A DNA stretch of 64,000 nucleotides from a virus, in IMG/VR virus record IMGVR_UViG_3300046786_000331, positions 81,728 through 145,727 of that record; one strand, given 5' to 3'. The position numbers and the translations under genes are program-made. Of this stretch, positions 1 through 9,498 are shown in pieces. Position 1 is the stretch's first letter. The number at the start of each line of letters is the position of its first letter. Below the pieces are notes generated by a model. It did no database searches and was not told where the DNA came from. It worked only from the letters and a program-made list of their open reading frames with translations.

Positions 1-53
1 ATTAATAAAAGGCAATGAAGGATTGTACAACTACGCCACAAGGTTGGTGCTAA

Positions 54-320
54 ATGAAGACTGATCCTTGCTTCAAAGGATGGAACGACCCGGAGTTAAA
101 CACTGCGGGTCGTTGCTGTTGTAACTGTAGATATCAAAAACCTATAGTTGGACATCCTTGGAATACTCACGAGTTGACAAAAGGCAGTATTACTCGTACA
201 ATAGGTTACGGTTGTAATGCGCCGGAACTAGGATCAATTGTATTTTTTGAATTTGAGCATAGCATGTGCGAAATGCACGAATTTAAAAACAATGTCTATC
301 AACTAGAAAGCGTCAAGTAA
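54..320 (+). CDS. small Cys-rich hypothetical protein (possible Zn-binding)
   Basis: ORF with CCCNC...C...C motif; stop overlaps next start (TAATG). Confidence 0.7.
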   Translation: MKTDPCFKGWNDPELNTAGRCCCNCRYQKPIVGHPWNTHELTKGSITRTIGYGCNAPELGSIVFFEFEHSMCEMHEFKNNVYQLESVK

Positions 321-526
321 TGTTTAGTTTCTTTAAATGCAATCACCCTGCTGACTATCTTGTAGTCGAAAAGGATCAAACTGTTGTCAATCATGACGAA
401 GACTTTGATTATATTGACTATCATTTTATTTGTATGAAGTGCGATAAGCCTGTTACAATAGGCTATGCTAAAATGGTTGGCGGAGTAGAAGCATATATTG
501 AAAGAGGCCGAAAGAAATATGTTTAA
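320..526 (+). CDS. small hypothetical protein with CxxC (zinc-ribbon-like)
   Basis: CNH...CMKC; coupled to neighbouring genes. Confidence 0.7.
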   Translation: MFSFFKCNHPADYLVVEKDQTVVNHDEDFDYIDYHFICMKCDKPVTIGYAKMVGGVEAYIERGRKKYV

Positions 527-1424
527 AGACAAGTTAAAAGAGTATGTAGAAACCAGTAACTTAGTTAACATGAAAGAGTGTGGCGATGGTATCTACGTGC
601 TAAAGTACAAGAAAAAAGTCTTCTACGATAATCTGTGGAATGAGTATATTGCTGAATGTCGTGGAAGCATTGTGGACAAGGATTTCAATTTAGTTGCTTA
701 TCCATTTACAAAGATCTACAACTATGGTATTGAAAAAGAAGCACCAGTACTTGCTCTAGATACCAAGGTAACTGCCCACCGCAAAGTAAACGGCTTTATG
801 GTTGCTATGACTTGGTATAACCACGACATCCTTGTATCTACTACAGGATCTACAGATAGTCCATATGTTGATATGGCCAAGGAAATGATGTTGACTCACA
901 GTTCTTTAGCTGATTGGCATATAGCATTTTGTGACGATGAACTAGAAGGCATGACTGTGATGTTCGAGTGTGTTCATCCAGATGATCCACACATCGTTCC
1001 AGAGAAGCCTGGGTTGTATGTACTAGGTTATCGTGAAAATGAATTTGGTAGCAAGGTAGGTCACGACCCATTTGTGTTGCAAGATCTTGGACGTATGTTC
1101 AACTGCTTTGTGCCAGAAAGCATAACTACTAACATGGCTCAATTGCAGGTGTTGGCAAAGGAATGCAAGCACGAAGGTTATGTATTCTACACAGACGATG
1201 GCGTAAGTGCTAAGATCAAGTCACCATACTACTTGACATCGAAGTGGGTTGCTCGCAATCCACGTACAGACAAGTTAGTAGACTTGAATAAAGACATCAA
1301 GCAGAATCTAGATGAGGAATATTATCCTCTCGTAGACGCTATCCGTGCTAACATTGTTGAGTATACTGCCATGGACGAGCAAGCTCGACTAGAATGGGTC
1401 CGCAACTATCTGGAGGTTGCCTAA
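519..1424 (+). CDS. T4 Rnl1-like ATP-dependent RNA ligase
   Basis: Nucleotidyltransferase motifs: ECRG, PFTKIYN, KVNG (motif I), STTGS, MFE, EGYV (IV), KIKS (V). Start moved to ATG 519, preceded by GAGG. Confidence 0.8.
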   Translation: MFKDKLKEYVETSNLVNMKECGDGIYVLKYKKKVFYDNLWNEYIAECRGSIVDKDFNLVAYPFTKIYNYGIEKEAPVLALDTKVTAHRKVNGFMVAMTWYNHDILVSTTGSTDSPYVDMAKEMMLTHSSLADWHIAFCDDELEGMTVMFECVHPDDPHIVPEKPGLYVLGYRENEFGSKVGHDPFVLQDLGRMFNCFVPESITTNMAQLQVLAKECKHEGYVFYTDDGVSAKIKSPYYLTSKWVARNPRTDKLVDLNKDIKQNLDEEYYPLVDAIRANIVEYTAMDEQARLEWVRNYLEVA

Positions 1425-1431
1425 GGATGAA

Positions 1432-1647
1432 ATGTTTGACTATCCAACAGCATACGAAACCGTTGCTAGAAAAATAGAAAAAGGTCCTTGGGAACCTTGG
1501 TTCGCTTGGTATCCGATTAAGATCCGTGGCGGCAAAGTTTGGTTGCGTAAAGTTTACCGACGTTGTATCAATACCTATGTTGATCACGACGACTGGAAGC
1601 ATTACGAATACGGTACAATATTTGATATTATTAAGGACGACGAATGA
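1432..1647 (+). CDS. hypothetical protein (WFAWYP motif)
   Basis: ORF; ATG 1432 preceded by AAGGA. Confidence 0.7.
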   Translation: MFDYPTAYETVARKIEKGPWEPWFAWYPIKIRGGKVWLRKVYRRCINTYVDHDDWKHYEYGTIFDIIKDDE

Positions 1648-1796
1648 ATTGGACCGCTGGTATATTAGCAATAATCTTGCTTTGGATTCCTTGTATCGCT
1701 ATACTATTATGGATGCATCGATCAAATAAAAAGATCGATCAAGAATACAAAGAGAAATTAGCAGACATTGAAAAGAGATTCGGAGTTAAGCTGTGA
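1644..1796 (+). CDS. small single-pass membrane protein (50 aa, not in ORF track)
   Basis: Translated by hand: MNWTAGILAIILLWIPCIAILLWMHRSNKKIDQEYKEKLADIEKRFGVKL; ATGA overlap with upstream stop. Confidence 0.7.
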   Translation: MNWTAGILAIILLWIPCIAILLWMHRSNKKIDQEYKEKLADIEKRFGVKL

Positions 1797-1909
1797 GTTA
1801 TATTTCAAACAAAGCTGGAACAATTCAGTTTCCCTACGAACCTGGACTGTTAGAATGGTTGGTTGAACATTATCCGTTTAGTAAGTATTACCTAGTAGAG
1901 GCGGAATAA
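1793..1909 (+). CDS. small hypothetical protein (38 aa, not in ORF track)
   Basis: GTG start in GTGA overlap, GGAG upstream; MSYISNKAGTIQFPYEPGLLEWLVEHYPFSKYYLVEAE; fills the gap to 1913. Confidence 0.6.
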   Translation: MSYISNKAGTIQFPYEPGLLEWLVEHYPFSKYYLVEAE

Positions 1910-1912
1910 AAT

Positions 1913-2143
1913 ATGAAAGACATGAAAGGCTATGCTTTTAATGTAGGATGTACCGTTGCTCGAGCAGTTATGTACGGAAAGAGTCCTATGATCGACCTAT
2001 GTACAGTGACTAGAATCGAAAATGGAAAACTATATCTTGACGAAAGTAAGCAGGCCATGCGATTTCCTGAGAGATTACTAATTGTCGAACAAGACAAATT
2101 ATATCGAATGTTAAAAAATCACGAAGAATTAACCGATGACTAG
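1913..2143 (+). CDS. hypothetical protein
   Basis: ORF with GAGG upstream, in same-strand gene run. Confidence 0.7.
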   Translation: MKDMKGYAFNVGCTVARAVMYGKSPMIDLCTVTRIENGKLYLDESKQAMRFPERLLIVEQDKLYRMLKNHEELTDD

Positions 2144-2330
2144 AATACAAGAACTATTAGATAAAGAAGCCGAGCTATCTAATCGAGGACAGAATAACGA
2201 CTTTCGTTGGATTATTCATGCTGAGATTAAACAGCTTCGTGGAACAGATGCTCCTGTATGTTGGGGTGAAGATGATTGCTCAACAAATATATTGATGAGA
2301 TGTCCTTGGAGGATTGATTGTGGTAATTAA
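2136..2330 (+). CDS. hypothetical protein (C-terminal Cys cluster)
   Basis: ORF overlapping neighbours; CWGEDDC...RCPWRIDC. Confidence 0.65.
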   Translation: MTRIQELLDKEAELSNRGQNNDFRWIIHAEIKQLRGTDAPVCWGEDDCSTNILMRCPWRIDCGN

Positions 2331-2511
2331 TGAACAAGATATCATTTATCGTTTAAGAAAACGTGCTGAGATTCGCAGACAGATTCCCGGACGTAAGTCT
2401 GTAGTAGAGGGAACTCCAGATCGTATTGCTGACTTGTTAGAAGAAGCAGCAGACGAAATGGAACGATTGCGACAAATTATCGAGGATCACGATATTAGAC
2501 TCGATTGTTAA
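2314..2511 (+). CDS. hypothetical protein
   Basis: ORF (TTG/GTG start uncertain) ending right before a terminator; RLR...ADLLEEAADEMERLR helix typical of small phage proteins. Confidence 0.65.
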   Translation: MIVVINEQDIIYRLRKRAEIRRQIPGRKSVVEGTPDRIADLLEEAADEMERLRQIIEDHDIRLDC

Positions 2512-2538
2512 AATAGGACCTTCGGGTCCTATTTTTTT
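2510..2538. terminator. bidirectional intrinsic terminator
   Basis: AAAATAGGACC-TTCG-GGTCCTATTTTTTT between convergent genes; C(UUCG)G loop. Confidence 0.9.
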
Positions 2539-2540
2539 GA

Positions 2541-3080
2541 CTATACTAATTCCCAAGGATCTCTGACAAATCTAAGACTAACGGATATCCGCATTTCATT
2601 AGTTGGATTCCATACTTGATGAAGTTGTTTAGTATTAATTAGTGTAGCTGTAGTTAGATGAAACTTATCAACTTCGTCGATAATAGCATCTTCCGAAAAT
2701 GTTGTGTATGTTAATCCGTTTGGAAGAACCTGTTCTTGCTTAGTTCCTCTTGACAGTTTATAGAACGAAGTCCAGCAATCAGTGCAATTTCTCATAGGAA
2801 AATTCAAAGCAAGGTCATTACGTTGTGTATCAGTGTGCGGATCTACTTTTTTATTCTGGGGCGGTGTTCTGATTAATGCACATACTCGAAGATCCAGATT
2901 ACTGTTAGCTAACCATGCTTTCAATTGAGGACTATTTGCTAACAATCCGTCTTTGTTAATGTGACTAAATTGCGAACCGTCGTTGGGCATATTGTGTAAA
3001 CAATAAGATTGAAGTTCTGCGAGTATGGAATCGTATTCGGGAACCTCGATTGTTTTAAAAAAGAAATTATTTTTATCCAT
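2541..3080 (-). CDS. Fe(II)/2OG-type (DSBH/cupin) oxygenase-like protein
   Basis: HxD (PHTD), ALNFP, distal His (LHQV), terminal RxSxSxRF. Confidence 0.65.
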   Translation of the reverse strand: MDKNNFFFKTIEVPEYDSILAELQSYCLHNMPNDGSQFSHINKDGLLANSPQLKAWLANSNLDLRVCALIRTPPQNKKVDPHTDTQRNDLALNFPMRNCTDCWTSFYKLSRGTKQEQVLPNGLTYTTFSEDAIIDEVDKFHLTTATLINTKQLHQVWNPTNEMRISVSLRFVRDPWELV

Positions 3081-3089
3081 TAAATTTGC

Positions 3090-3115
3090 TATAAATATCG
3101 AAGTACACGTATTTA
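3090..3115. promoter_or_regulatory. pair of late-type promoters (TATAAATA on +, TAAATA on -)
   Basis: TATAAATA 3090-3097 matches the T4 late promoter consensus; TATTTA 3110-3115 serves the minus-strand gene. Confidence 0.6.
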
Positions 3116-3142
3116 TTGCGTCATTATAACCTGGTATTGAAA

Positions 3143-3904
3143 ATGAATGTTATTGGATTAGGAAGCAACAAGAAACCTTTTGTCTATTTAGACGAACATA
3201 TGCCTAAGCAGATAGATTGGGCAGGATTACATAATGAAGCAGCCTATGGCATTGCTAAATCAGAGTGGAGTAAAAGATACGTTTCTAGCGGAGTTCATCC
3301 TGATTGGGCTCATTTAGAAATTACTCCTGCTATGAGAAGCGCAGAACAAACATTGACATTAGAACAAAAGTTAATACTTCGAGATTTACAGACTACTGAC
3401 GAAAAGCTAAAGTTCATGGCAGCATTAAAATACATTGCTCATCCATTTTGGTTACTGTATCTAAGAAATAATAGACGTGTAGAATATTCCGGCATTGCAA
3501 ATAAGGCAGTAGGAAGAGATTGTGCTTGGACAGAGAATGCCAAATACTTTCCTAAGCTAGTTAAGTTTATAGAATCAATGCCCTTTACAGAAATAGGTCG
3601 TGTTGTATTCTTTATGACAGAACCAAATAATCAATTAGTTCCACATTATGATGCAGCAGACGAAAATCAAAGAATGAATAAACCACCAGATGATTTTATT
3701 TGGTTCACTACAAAGCCGGGAACTAAGAAAATGTTTGTAATGGACGGCGAGACTCACGAAAAAGCCTACGCCGAAGATGCCAAGAAGTTTGTATGGTGGA
3801 ATGAAATGGACTTTCACGGAACTGAGCCCATTGACCATTTTGCTTTTTCTATCAGAGTAGACGGCAAATTTAAGCCAGAAGTCTACGAAGCAGTTTTAAA
3901 ATAA
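3143..3904 (+). CDS. Fe(II)/2OG-type oxygenase-like protein (AspH-like)
   Basis: GRVVFF...PHYD...FHG...FSIRVDG; start moved to ATG 3143. Confidence 0.6.
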   Translation: MNVIGLGSNKKPFVYLDEHMPKQIDWAGLHNEAAYGIAKSEWSKRYVSSGVHPDWAHLEITPAMRSAEQTLTLEQKLILRDLQTTDEKLKFMAALKYIAHPFWLLYLRNNRRVEYSGIANKAVGRDCAWTENAKYFPKLVKFIESMPFTEIGRVVFFMTEPNNQLVPHYDAADENQRMNKPPDDFIWFTTKPGTKKMFVMDGETHEKAYAEDAKKFVWWNEMDFHGTEPIDHFAFSIRVDGKFKPEVYEAVLK

Positions 3905-4483
3905 AGCGTAACTAGAATCAGTTGAGTCAATATCAACAATCAAGTGTATTCTTTCTACATTTGAATTGTTTTCGGCAGCATGTAAATCTCTATTAGCAAG
4001 CTGGCACAGCATGCCTTCCGGCATGTGGGTAGGGTTAGATAGTCCAGGACCGAAAAACACCATGTCTTGATGTGTTATAAACGGTACATGAAACCTATAA
4101 TGAGCTTGGAAGTACGGACCTGGATCAATATGTTCTCCAATTTTACCCCCTGGTAATAATTTTACAAGCATAATTCGTCCTAGTCTAGATCCATTTACTC
4201 TATCGTAGATCCAATCGATTAGATCACCAACAGCAGGATACATTGCTCTAGCCCTTGTGTCCATGCAATCAACATAAACAGATAACGCTTCGACAGTATG
4301 CGGAGTACCCCAAGGAGCTTTATGCACTCTTAAGTGATTAGTAATGCTGGTTGCAAAGACAGCAGCTTCGCCGCGTCTATCTGGAATCGGTAAATCATTC
4401 CAATCAATATTTAGAACTTCGTTTTTAGCGTTAATAAATAGTTGAGCAGGAACTGTATCTATAATTTTTACATGAGGTTTCAT
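3896..4483 (-). CDS. aspartyl/asparaginyl beta-hydroxylase-family protein
   Basis: GRIMLVKLLPGGKIGEHID, RFHVP, HAAENNSNVERIHLIVD; start moved to ATG 4483, 5 nt after TAAATA. Confidence 0.8.
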   Translation of the reverse strand: MKPHVKIIDTVPAQLFINAKNEVLNIDWNDLPIPDRRGEAAVFATSITNHLRVHKAPWGTPHTVEALSVYVDCMDTRARAMYPAVGDLIDWIYDRVNGSRLGRIMLVKLLPGGKIGEHIDPGPYFQAHYRFHVPFITHQDMVFFGPGLSNPTHMPEGMLCQLANRDLHAAENNSNVERIHLIVDIDSTDSSYALF

Positions 4484-4520
4484 GCAAATATTTATTAGGA
4501 TGTAGTGAGGTTGAAAAATA

Positions 4521-5108
4521 ATGTTAGGCAAAACTGAGTATTACAGAAGTGTACCAATGTCTTCCTTTGAAGAAGGACACAAGTTAGTCTACGAAGCAAA
4601 CAAACATCGTTTCGATGTAACAAAGCTAGGAGCTACCGGCATTATTCCTTGGACAAAAGAAAACTTTCCAGGAATATTTGATGAAGTAAATGCAATAGGT
4701 TCTGCCAGAGGTCAACGTGTCGCACGTTGTAGGTTCTTTGTAACTCCTAAAAACTTTAAATTGAATGTTCATACCGATGGACATTTGATGGATATTGATG
4801 CCTATGCCTTAAACATTCCGATTGTGTTTGCAGAAGACAATCACTTTATGAATTGGTTTACATATGACGGTGAACTAAAAACAGAAACCTCCGATACCTA
4901 TGCTAATTCAATATCCCCAGCTAAGCCAGAAGAGCTTGTTTTAGCTGCAAAATTAACATTAACAACTCCACACTATGTAAAGATAGGAATCTTTCATTCT
5001 GTGGACAATCCAGTAGACAAAGAAAGAATAATTTTAAGTATTAGATTTACTGATTCGTTCCCTTTAACTAAATTAGAATATGAGCAAAATAACAAACGTA
5101 CACAGTAA
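4521..5108 (+). CDS. Fe(II)/2OG-type oxygenase-like protein
   Basis: VHTDG, ALNIP, FHSVDN, RIILSIRF; paralog-like to 2541..3080 and 8886..9467. Confidence 0.65.
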   Translation: MLGKTEYYRSVPMSSFEEGHKLVYEANKHRFDVTKLGATGIIPWTKENFPGIFDEVNAIGSARGQRVARCRFFVTPKNFKLNVHTDGHLMDIDAYALNIPIVFAEDNHFMNWFTYDGELKTETSDTYANSISPAKPEELVLAAKLTLTTPHYVKIGIFHSVDNPVDKERIILSIRFTDSFPLTKLEYEQNNKRTQ

Positions 5109-5958
5109 TTGGGCAACTCGAATCGAGTTTGATAATCCTAAAGATTTTTTTAATTCTCCTGCAGGCTATTGGAGAGATATGCTCTATGAAAGAAAGCTAC
5201 TAATCTTTAAAAAGATGACTTTTTCTAAAGAGGATTATGCAAAGTTTTCGTTAGAATTTGGAAAGCCTTGGGCTAATCAAGATTATAACTATAGTCAAGA
5301 ATCAAAAGAAGATGTATTAACCGACAAAGGTGTTATTACATTAAGTCCATTTAGTAATAAAACAAGTCATAGAATTAAATTACAGTCTATGCCTTACCAT
5401 GCTGATATTCCAAATAGAATACACAAGCCATTCCCTCACAGAAGTCTATGGATTACTAAAAATCCTAACCCTCTTAATTCTGGAATCACCGGTTTCTTAA
5501 ATATCAGCGAAGAAGCATTTAACTTTTTAACAGACGAGTTGAAAGAACTTCTGCCAAGAGTTACTGTTATTCAACAAAGTTGGTACAAAGCAGGAACAGA
5601 TATTCAAGAATATTCTCTAGTAAAGGTACATCCTATTACAGGAGAAAAATCATTACGCCTTAATTATTACAACAAAGGTGAAAATAAAGGTGCATGGATC
5701 TGTGGAGTAAAGATTGACGGTGTTCTACAACCTGATTGTTTGCTTATAGAAAAATACATGTGGCATTTATTAAAGTTTCAAGAACTGCAATACAAGCACA
5801 CCTGGGACGATTTTGATATTCTAATATACGACAACTATCCGTTCATACATAACAGAAGCGAACTGATTTTAGAAGGTGGTGATGAAAGACACTTTTATAG
5901 AATCAACATCGACCACACAACTAAAGAAGAGTTTTTAGATATTTCCGCCAATCGCTAA
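5080..5958 (+). CDS. TauD/TfdA-family 2OG-dependent dioxygenase
   Basis: LLIFK, YHAD, VKVHPITGEKSL, HTWDDFDILIYDN, HNR, terminal RxxxR. Confidence 0.8.
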   Translation: MSKITNVHSNWATRIEFDNPKDFFNSPAGYWRDMLYERKLLIFKKMTFSKEDYAKFSLEFGKPWANQDYNYSQESKEDVLTDKGVITLSPFSNKTSHRIKLQSMPYHADIPNRIHKPFPHRSLWITKNPNPLNSGITGFLNISEEAFNFLTDELKELLPRVTVIQQSWYKAGTDIQEYSLVKVHPITGEKSLRLNYYNKGENKGAWICGVKIDGVLQPDCLLIEKYMWHLLKFQELQYKHTWDDFDILIYDNYPFIHNRSELILEGGDERHFYRINIDHTTKEEFLDISANR

Positions 5959-6528
5959 CGGATTTCGATACTGTTGTTTTAAGAAAGTACATCTAACAAT
6001 AGTATCGTGAGGCAATAAAATTCTGTTAAAAAGAATTTGCCAATGATGTGTATATAGACATTTAGTTTTTGCAGGAACTAAACACTCGTCAAAATAATCA
6101 TAGCGTTCGTTTGCCCAGTCGCTAAAGTTAAATCTTCTTAAAAGTTTAGCGTGTTTAGCGTTCCATAGTGTGTAGAATTTAAACCTACCTGCTTCTTCAT
6201 TGAACTTAATCATGTGATCCAATAAAGCTCTAGCAATCTCTCTATTTTGCTTTGATCTAATCTGCGTACCATACCAAGCAGGTTCGTCTGTACTTTGATA
6301 GCAAGAAATTGCTCCAATGATATTGTCGTCTTCATCAAATGCTCCAAACGCATGATAGCTTTTTAAGTCAGATAGATATGTAGTACAAAATCCTTTGTGA
6401 TAAATGCGGGCCATATTTGCTTTGGCAAAGAAGTCCACATCGTCTACGTTTGCTCCCATGTACTTTTGTACATCGAATAATGGCTTTAATGCTTCTTCGT
6501 GTCCGCTGTTTAGTTTCTTAATAATCAT
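5935..6528 (-). CDS. GNAT-like acyltransferase
   Basis: AFGAFDEDDNIIGAI strand pair followed by REIARALLDHMIK helix (motif A-like). Confidence 0.5.
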   Translation of the reverse strand: MIIKKLNSGHEEALKPLFDVQKYMGANVDDVDFFAKANMARIYHKGFCTTYLSDLKSYHAFGAFDEDDNIIGAISCYQSTDEPAWYGTQIRSKQNREIARALLDHMIKFNEEAGRFKFYTLWNAKHAKLLRRFNFSDWANERYDYFDECLVPAKTKCLYTHHWQILFNRILLPHDTIVRCTFLKQQYRNPLAIGGNI

Positions 6529-7445
6529 AAGTTTGCTCTAAGTTGTCTTAATGTTTCTTCTAACGGAATTCCGTCTATATTAGATTCTAATCGTTTGATT
6601 TGATTCATACCGATTTCTTTGTAAGCACTATGATTAAATGCTAACAAACTTTCAAACCCGTGTGTCTTACGCTTAGGTGTTATATAAGGACACAGGCTTT
6701 TTAAAATTCTATTTTTACTTGAAACAGATGTTAATTTATAATTAAATCTATCAGTTACAAGTGATTCAATACTTGGATTCTCTAAGTAGTACAACAATAG
6801 TTCCGGAGTATAACTGAACCATTCGTTTACTAGTGGAACATTAAACTTATTTGTAAAACGCATTGCACTAGCATCTTCATTTTCACGGAAAGTATAGTAC
6901 CAAAAGCTGCCATCTCGATTAACACTTCTTGTTAGTAACGCTTCTCCGCCCATTACCGCAGGGGCACCTATCTTAAGAATGTTATAGTAGACCATAATAT
7001 AGGTAATTTGTGTACATTGAAGTTGTTCACCGAAGTCAGTTGCAGCACCTGATTCGAAGAAATCGATAACATCAAAGTCAATGATTTCTAAATCTAAACC
7101 CTTTTCTTCTGCAATTCTTTCTGCTTCCATAACATCGGCAGCATTGTAACCATCTTCAAATTTAATAGTTACGCATTTAGGTTTAACACCAATTGAAAGA
7201 AAGTTGTTTACAACAATTTCACTATCTGTACCGCCACTTAGAAATACAACCAAGTCCTTGCCAAACTCTTGATAAACACTATCTGCTGTACGTCTTAATT
7301 CGTTTTCGTAATTGCTTGTTCGATATTGATCGGGATCAACAGCTCCCACTGATACTTTAAATTTTTCAAAAGACTCTTCACGGTATCCCCATTCTCTTCC
7401 ACCGATAGAATATTTTAAATGATTATTGAGCGTGAAGTTTGTCAT
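6525..7445 (-). CDS. PP-loop (asparagine-synthetase-like) ATP pyrophosphatase
   Basis: VVFLSGGTDSE PP-loop, AVMGGE, C-terminal KxxGFE; no glutaminase domain; start moved to ATG 7445. Confidence 0.7.
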   Translation of the reverse strand: MTNFTLNNHLKYSIGGREWGYREESFEKFKVSVGAVDPDQYRTSNYENELRRTADSVYQEFGKDLVVFLSGGTDSEIVVNNFLSIGVKPKCVTIKFEDGYNAADVMEAERIAEEKGLDLEIIDFDVIDFFESGAATDFGEQLQCTQITYIMVYYNILKIGAPAVMGGEALLTRSVNRDGSFWYYTFRENEDASAMRFTNKFNVPLVNEWFSYTPELLLYYLENPSIESLVTDRFNYKLTSVSSKNRILKSLCPYITPKRKTHGFESLLAFNHSAYKEIGMNQIKRLESNIDGIPLEETLRQLRANL

Positions 7446-8259
7446 GTCTATCTTGGTAAATTTTTTCTCTGCTTTCTTTAGTTGCAATCAATGGGAGCAT
7501 AATCAACGACATATCAAATTCTTTCGAATTTCCACTTACTGTTGTTCCGAAATCATATGACGATGCCCTAGCATGATGATTATTGTGCCAACCTTGCCCC
7601 CAAGTGATCCATGCTAAGAATGGAACGTTGCGACTGTTATCCTTGGTATCAAAGTTTCTGTAACCGTATCCGTTAGTATGGCAGAATACATTGATGTTAC
7701 TTTCCATATAAAGACTCACCGCCGCCGGCAACATGAATCCAAATAGCAGCACTTGCCAACCGAATAAAATTAATACAGTGATATAGGTTACAAGAATAAT
7801 CTTAATATAGTTTTTAGCAAACCACATTTGCATAGGATCTCTAATTAAGTCAATTGCATACTTGGGATTGAAGTATTGATCCCAATCGTGTAACCACATG
7901 TGCCAAGCATAGAGCCAACCTTTCGTTGGGCTGTGTGCATCTTTGTCAGTATCGCTATATCTATGATGACTGCCTCTGTGTATAGCGGCCCAACCCAACG
8001 GACTGCCTTGTAGACTTAAACAACCTAGCCATAGCAGAATTGGTTTTAGACCCGGGCGAGCTTCGAACGCTTTATGGCTCACGTATCTATGTAGAGTAAT
8101 AGCAACTCCAACACCTTCGATTAAAATCCACCCTAGTGCAAAATATAAAACATTCGCCCATTCAAATCCAAAAAACAAATGGAAGAAAATTAGTCCTAGC
8201 CAAGCTAGGGCATGGACTGGGTACAAAACGTAGTTAAGGAAGGTGTTTATCTTGTTCAT
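7423..8259 (-). CDS. membrane fatty acid desaturase (delta-9 acyl-CoA type)
   Basis: Three His boxes HRYVSH, HRGSHH, HNNHH; D-x-HSP; TM segments. Confidence 0.9.
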   Translation of the reverse strand: MNKINTFLNYVLYPVHALAWLGLIFFHLFFGFEWANVLYFALGWILIEGVGVAITLHRYVSHKAFEARPGLKPILLWLGCLSLQGSPLGWAAIHRGSHHRYSDTDKDAHSPTKGWLYAWHMWLHDWDQYFNPKYAIDLIRDPMQMWFAKNYIKIILVTYITVLILFGWQVLLFGFMLPAAVSLYMESNINVFCHTNGYGYRNFDTKDNSRNVPFLAWITWGQGWHNNHHARASSYDFGTTVSGNSKEFDMSLIMLPLIATKESREKIYQDRHDKLHAQ

Positions 8260-8263
8260 AGTG

Positions 8264-8312
8264 TATTTAACGCCTCAGAGTGCGGCTAAGAGAGTTTTGT
8301 GAGTAGTAAATA
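8264..8312. promoter_or_regulatory. back-to-back TAAATA late-type promoters
   Basis: TATTTA 8264-8269 lies 4 nt from minus ATG 8259; TAAATA 8307-8312 lies 4 nt from ATG 8317. Confidence 0.65.
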
Positions 8313-8316
8313 CATG

Positions 8317-8889
8317 ATGTTAGTTACTGATCTTTCCAAAGACGATACACATATAAATCTGTGGTATGAATATCAATCACAGATAATGGAATCAGACGAC
8401 CCGTTAATTGAAAATTATCTATACCTAAATCCAAAATCTTTTGCTTGTTTTCCAACAGTAATCGAAGAGGATAGGATTGTTTGTTTTAGTGCTTTGCAAA
8501 TTAACAAATGGGGTAATGGTATTGCTCGATGCAGCACTAGAATGTGGGTTCACCCGGATCACAGATTACCAGGAATGTCAAAATTTTCAGGTGGGGATCG
8601 ATTTTTAAATACAACGCATTGCTTGCCTATACAATTTGAAGAAGCTAAAAGACTAGGAATAGAATGTTTGTTTATTAGCAGAGAAAAGAATAAAGTAGGA
8701 TTTCAAGAATACATCAATCTAATAAAAATAAATTGCGGATATAGCTTTGTACTAGAAGAACAAAAATATAACGTATGCGGATCGGAAGAGCCTGTGCCCG
8801 AATCATGCAAACAATTCGTAGCCATTTGTCCATTAACAGAGAATGGACACAATGTTTGGAAAGAAAATATGGATAAATTTAAATTATGA
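8317..8889 (+). CDS. GNAT-like protein
   Basis: IVCFSAL...ARCSTRMWVHPDHR motif A-like; start ATG 8317 or 8314. Confidence 0.5.
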   Translation: MLVTDLSKDDTHINLWYEYQSQIMESDDPLIENYLYLNPKSFACFPTVIEEDRIVCFSALQINKWGNGIARCSTRMWVHPDHRLPGMSKFSGGDRFLNTTHCLPIQFEEAKRLGIECLFISREKNKVGFQEYINLIKINCGYSFVLEEQKYNVCGSEEPVPESCKQFVAICPLTENGHNVWKENMDKFKL

Positions 8890-9467
8890 ACACTGAACTT
8901 TACTCTAAATATGCCTGGACCCCCGAGTTCCAAAAGCTCAGCGAATGGGGTACACATCTAATAGATGAGGAAAGAGCCCTGGGTATAGCTCAATTTACAA
9001 AAGAAGGACATAATATTGTAAATCGAGTCCTTGATAGAGATTTGCCTAAATGGGTAGTTGATCTGTTTAATGTTCCTATTAGTCATGTGCAGTTATTTTC
9101 TGCACAACCGCATGCTATAGGATCAGTACACAAAGACGGATCAGATAGATTGTGTGCATTTAACATTCCTGTTAAAAATGCGGATCAAGGAATAATGGAA
9201 TGGTTAGATGGACCAGTAGAAGGGCGCCTATTAGAGCTTGCCCACACGTCTATTAGATTGCTAAAAGATCGAAATGATCGATTAAAAATGGATACTTCTG
9301 CCCAAATTCTTCTAGATTTTCCAACATTGATTAATACAAATGAATGGCACAGAGTTGATAATTCTGCAAATAGTCGCTGGAGACATGTTCTAAGTATTAG
9401 ATTTTTAAATAATCCCGGCTATCAAGAAGTCAAAGATTCACTATCTGGCTTTTTAAAAAGTGCATAG
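8886..9467 (+). CDS. Fe(II)/2OG-type oxygenase-like protein
   Basis: VHKDG, AFNIP, WHRVDN, RHVLSIRF. Confidence 0.65.
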   Translation: MNTELYSKYAWTPEFQKLSEWGTHLIDEERALGIAQFTKEGHNIVNRVLDRDLPKWVVDLFNVPISHVQLFSAQPHAIGSVHKDGSDRLCAFNIPVKNADQGIMEWLDGPVEGRLLELAHTSIRLLKDRNDRLKMDTSAQILLDFPTLINTNEWHRVDNSANSRWRHVLSIRFLNNPGYQEVKDSLSGFLKSA

Positions 9468-9498
9468 TTAATGATTCTGAAATTAATTCTATTTTGAA

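Noticed and set aside
1677-1729. TTGCTT-17-TATACT promoter-like match
   Set aside because: Lies inside the hydrophobic coding stretch of the 1644 ORF, and the following ATG opens only 6 codons; likely chance
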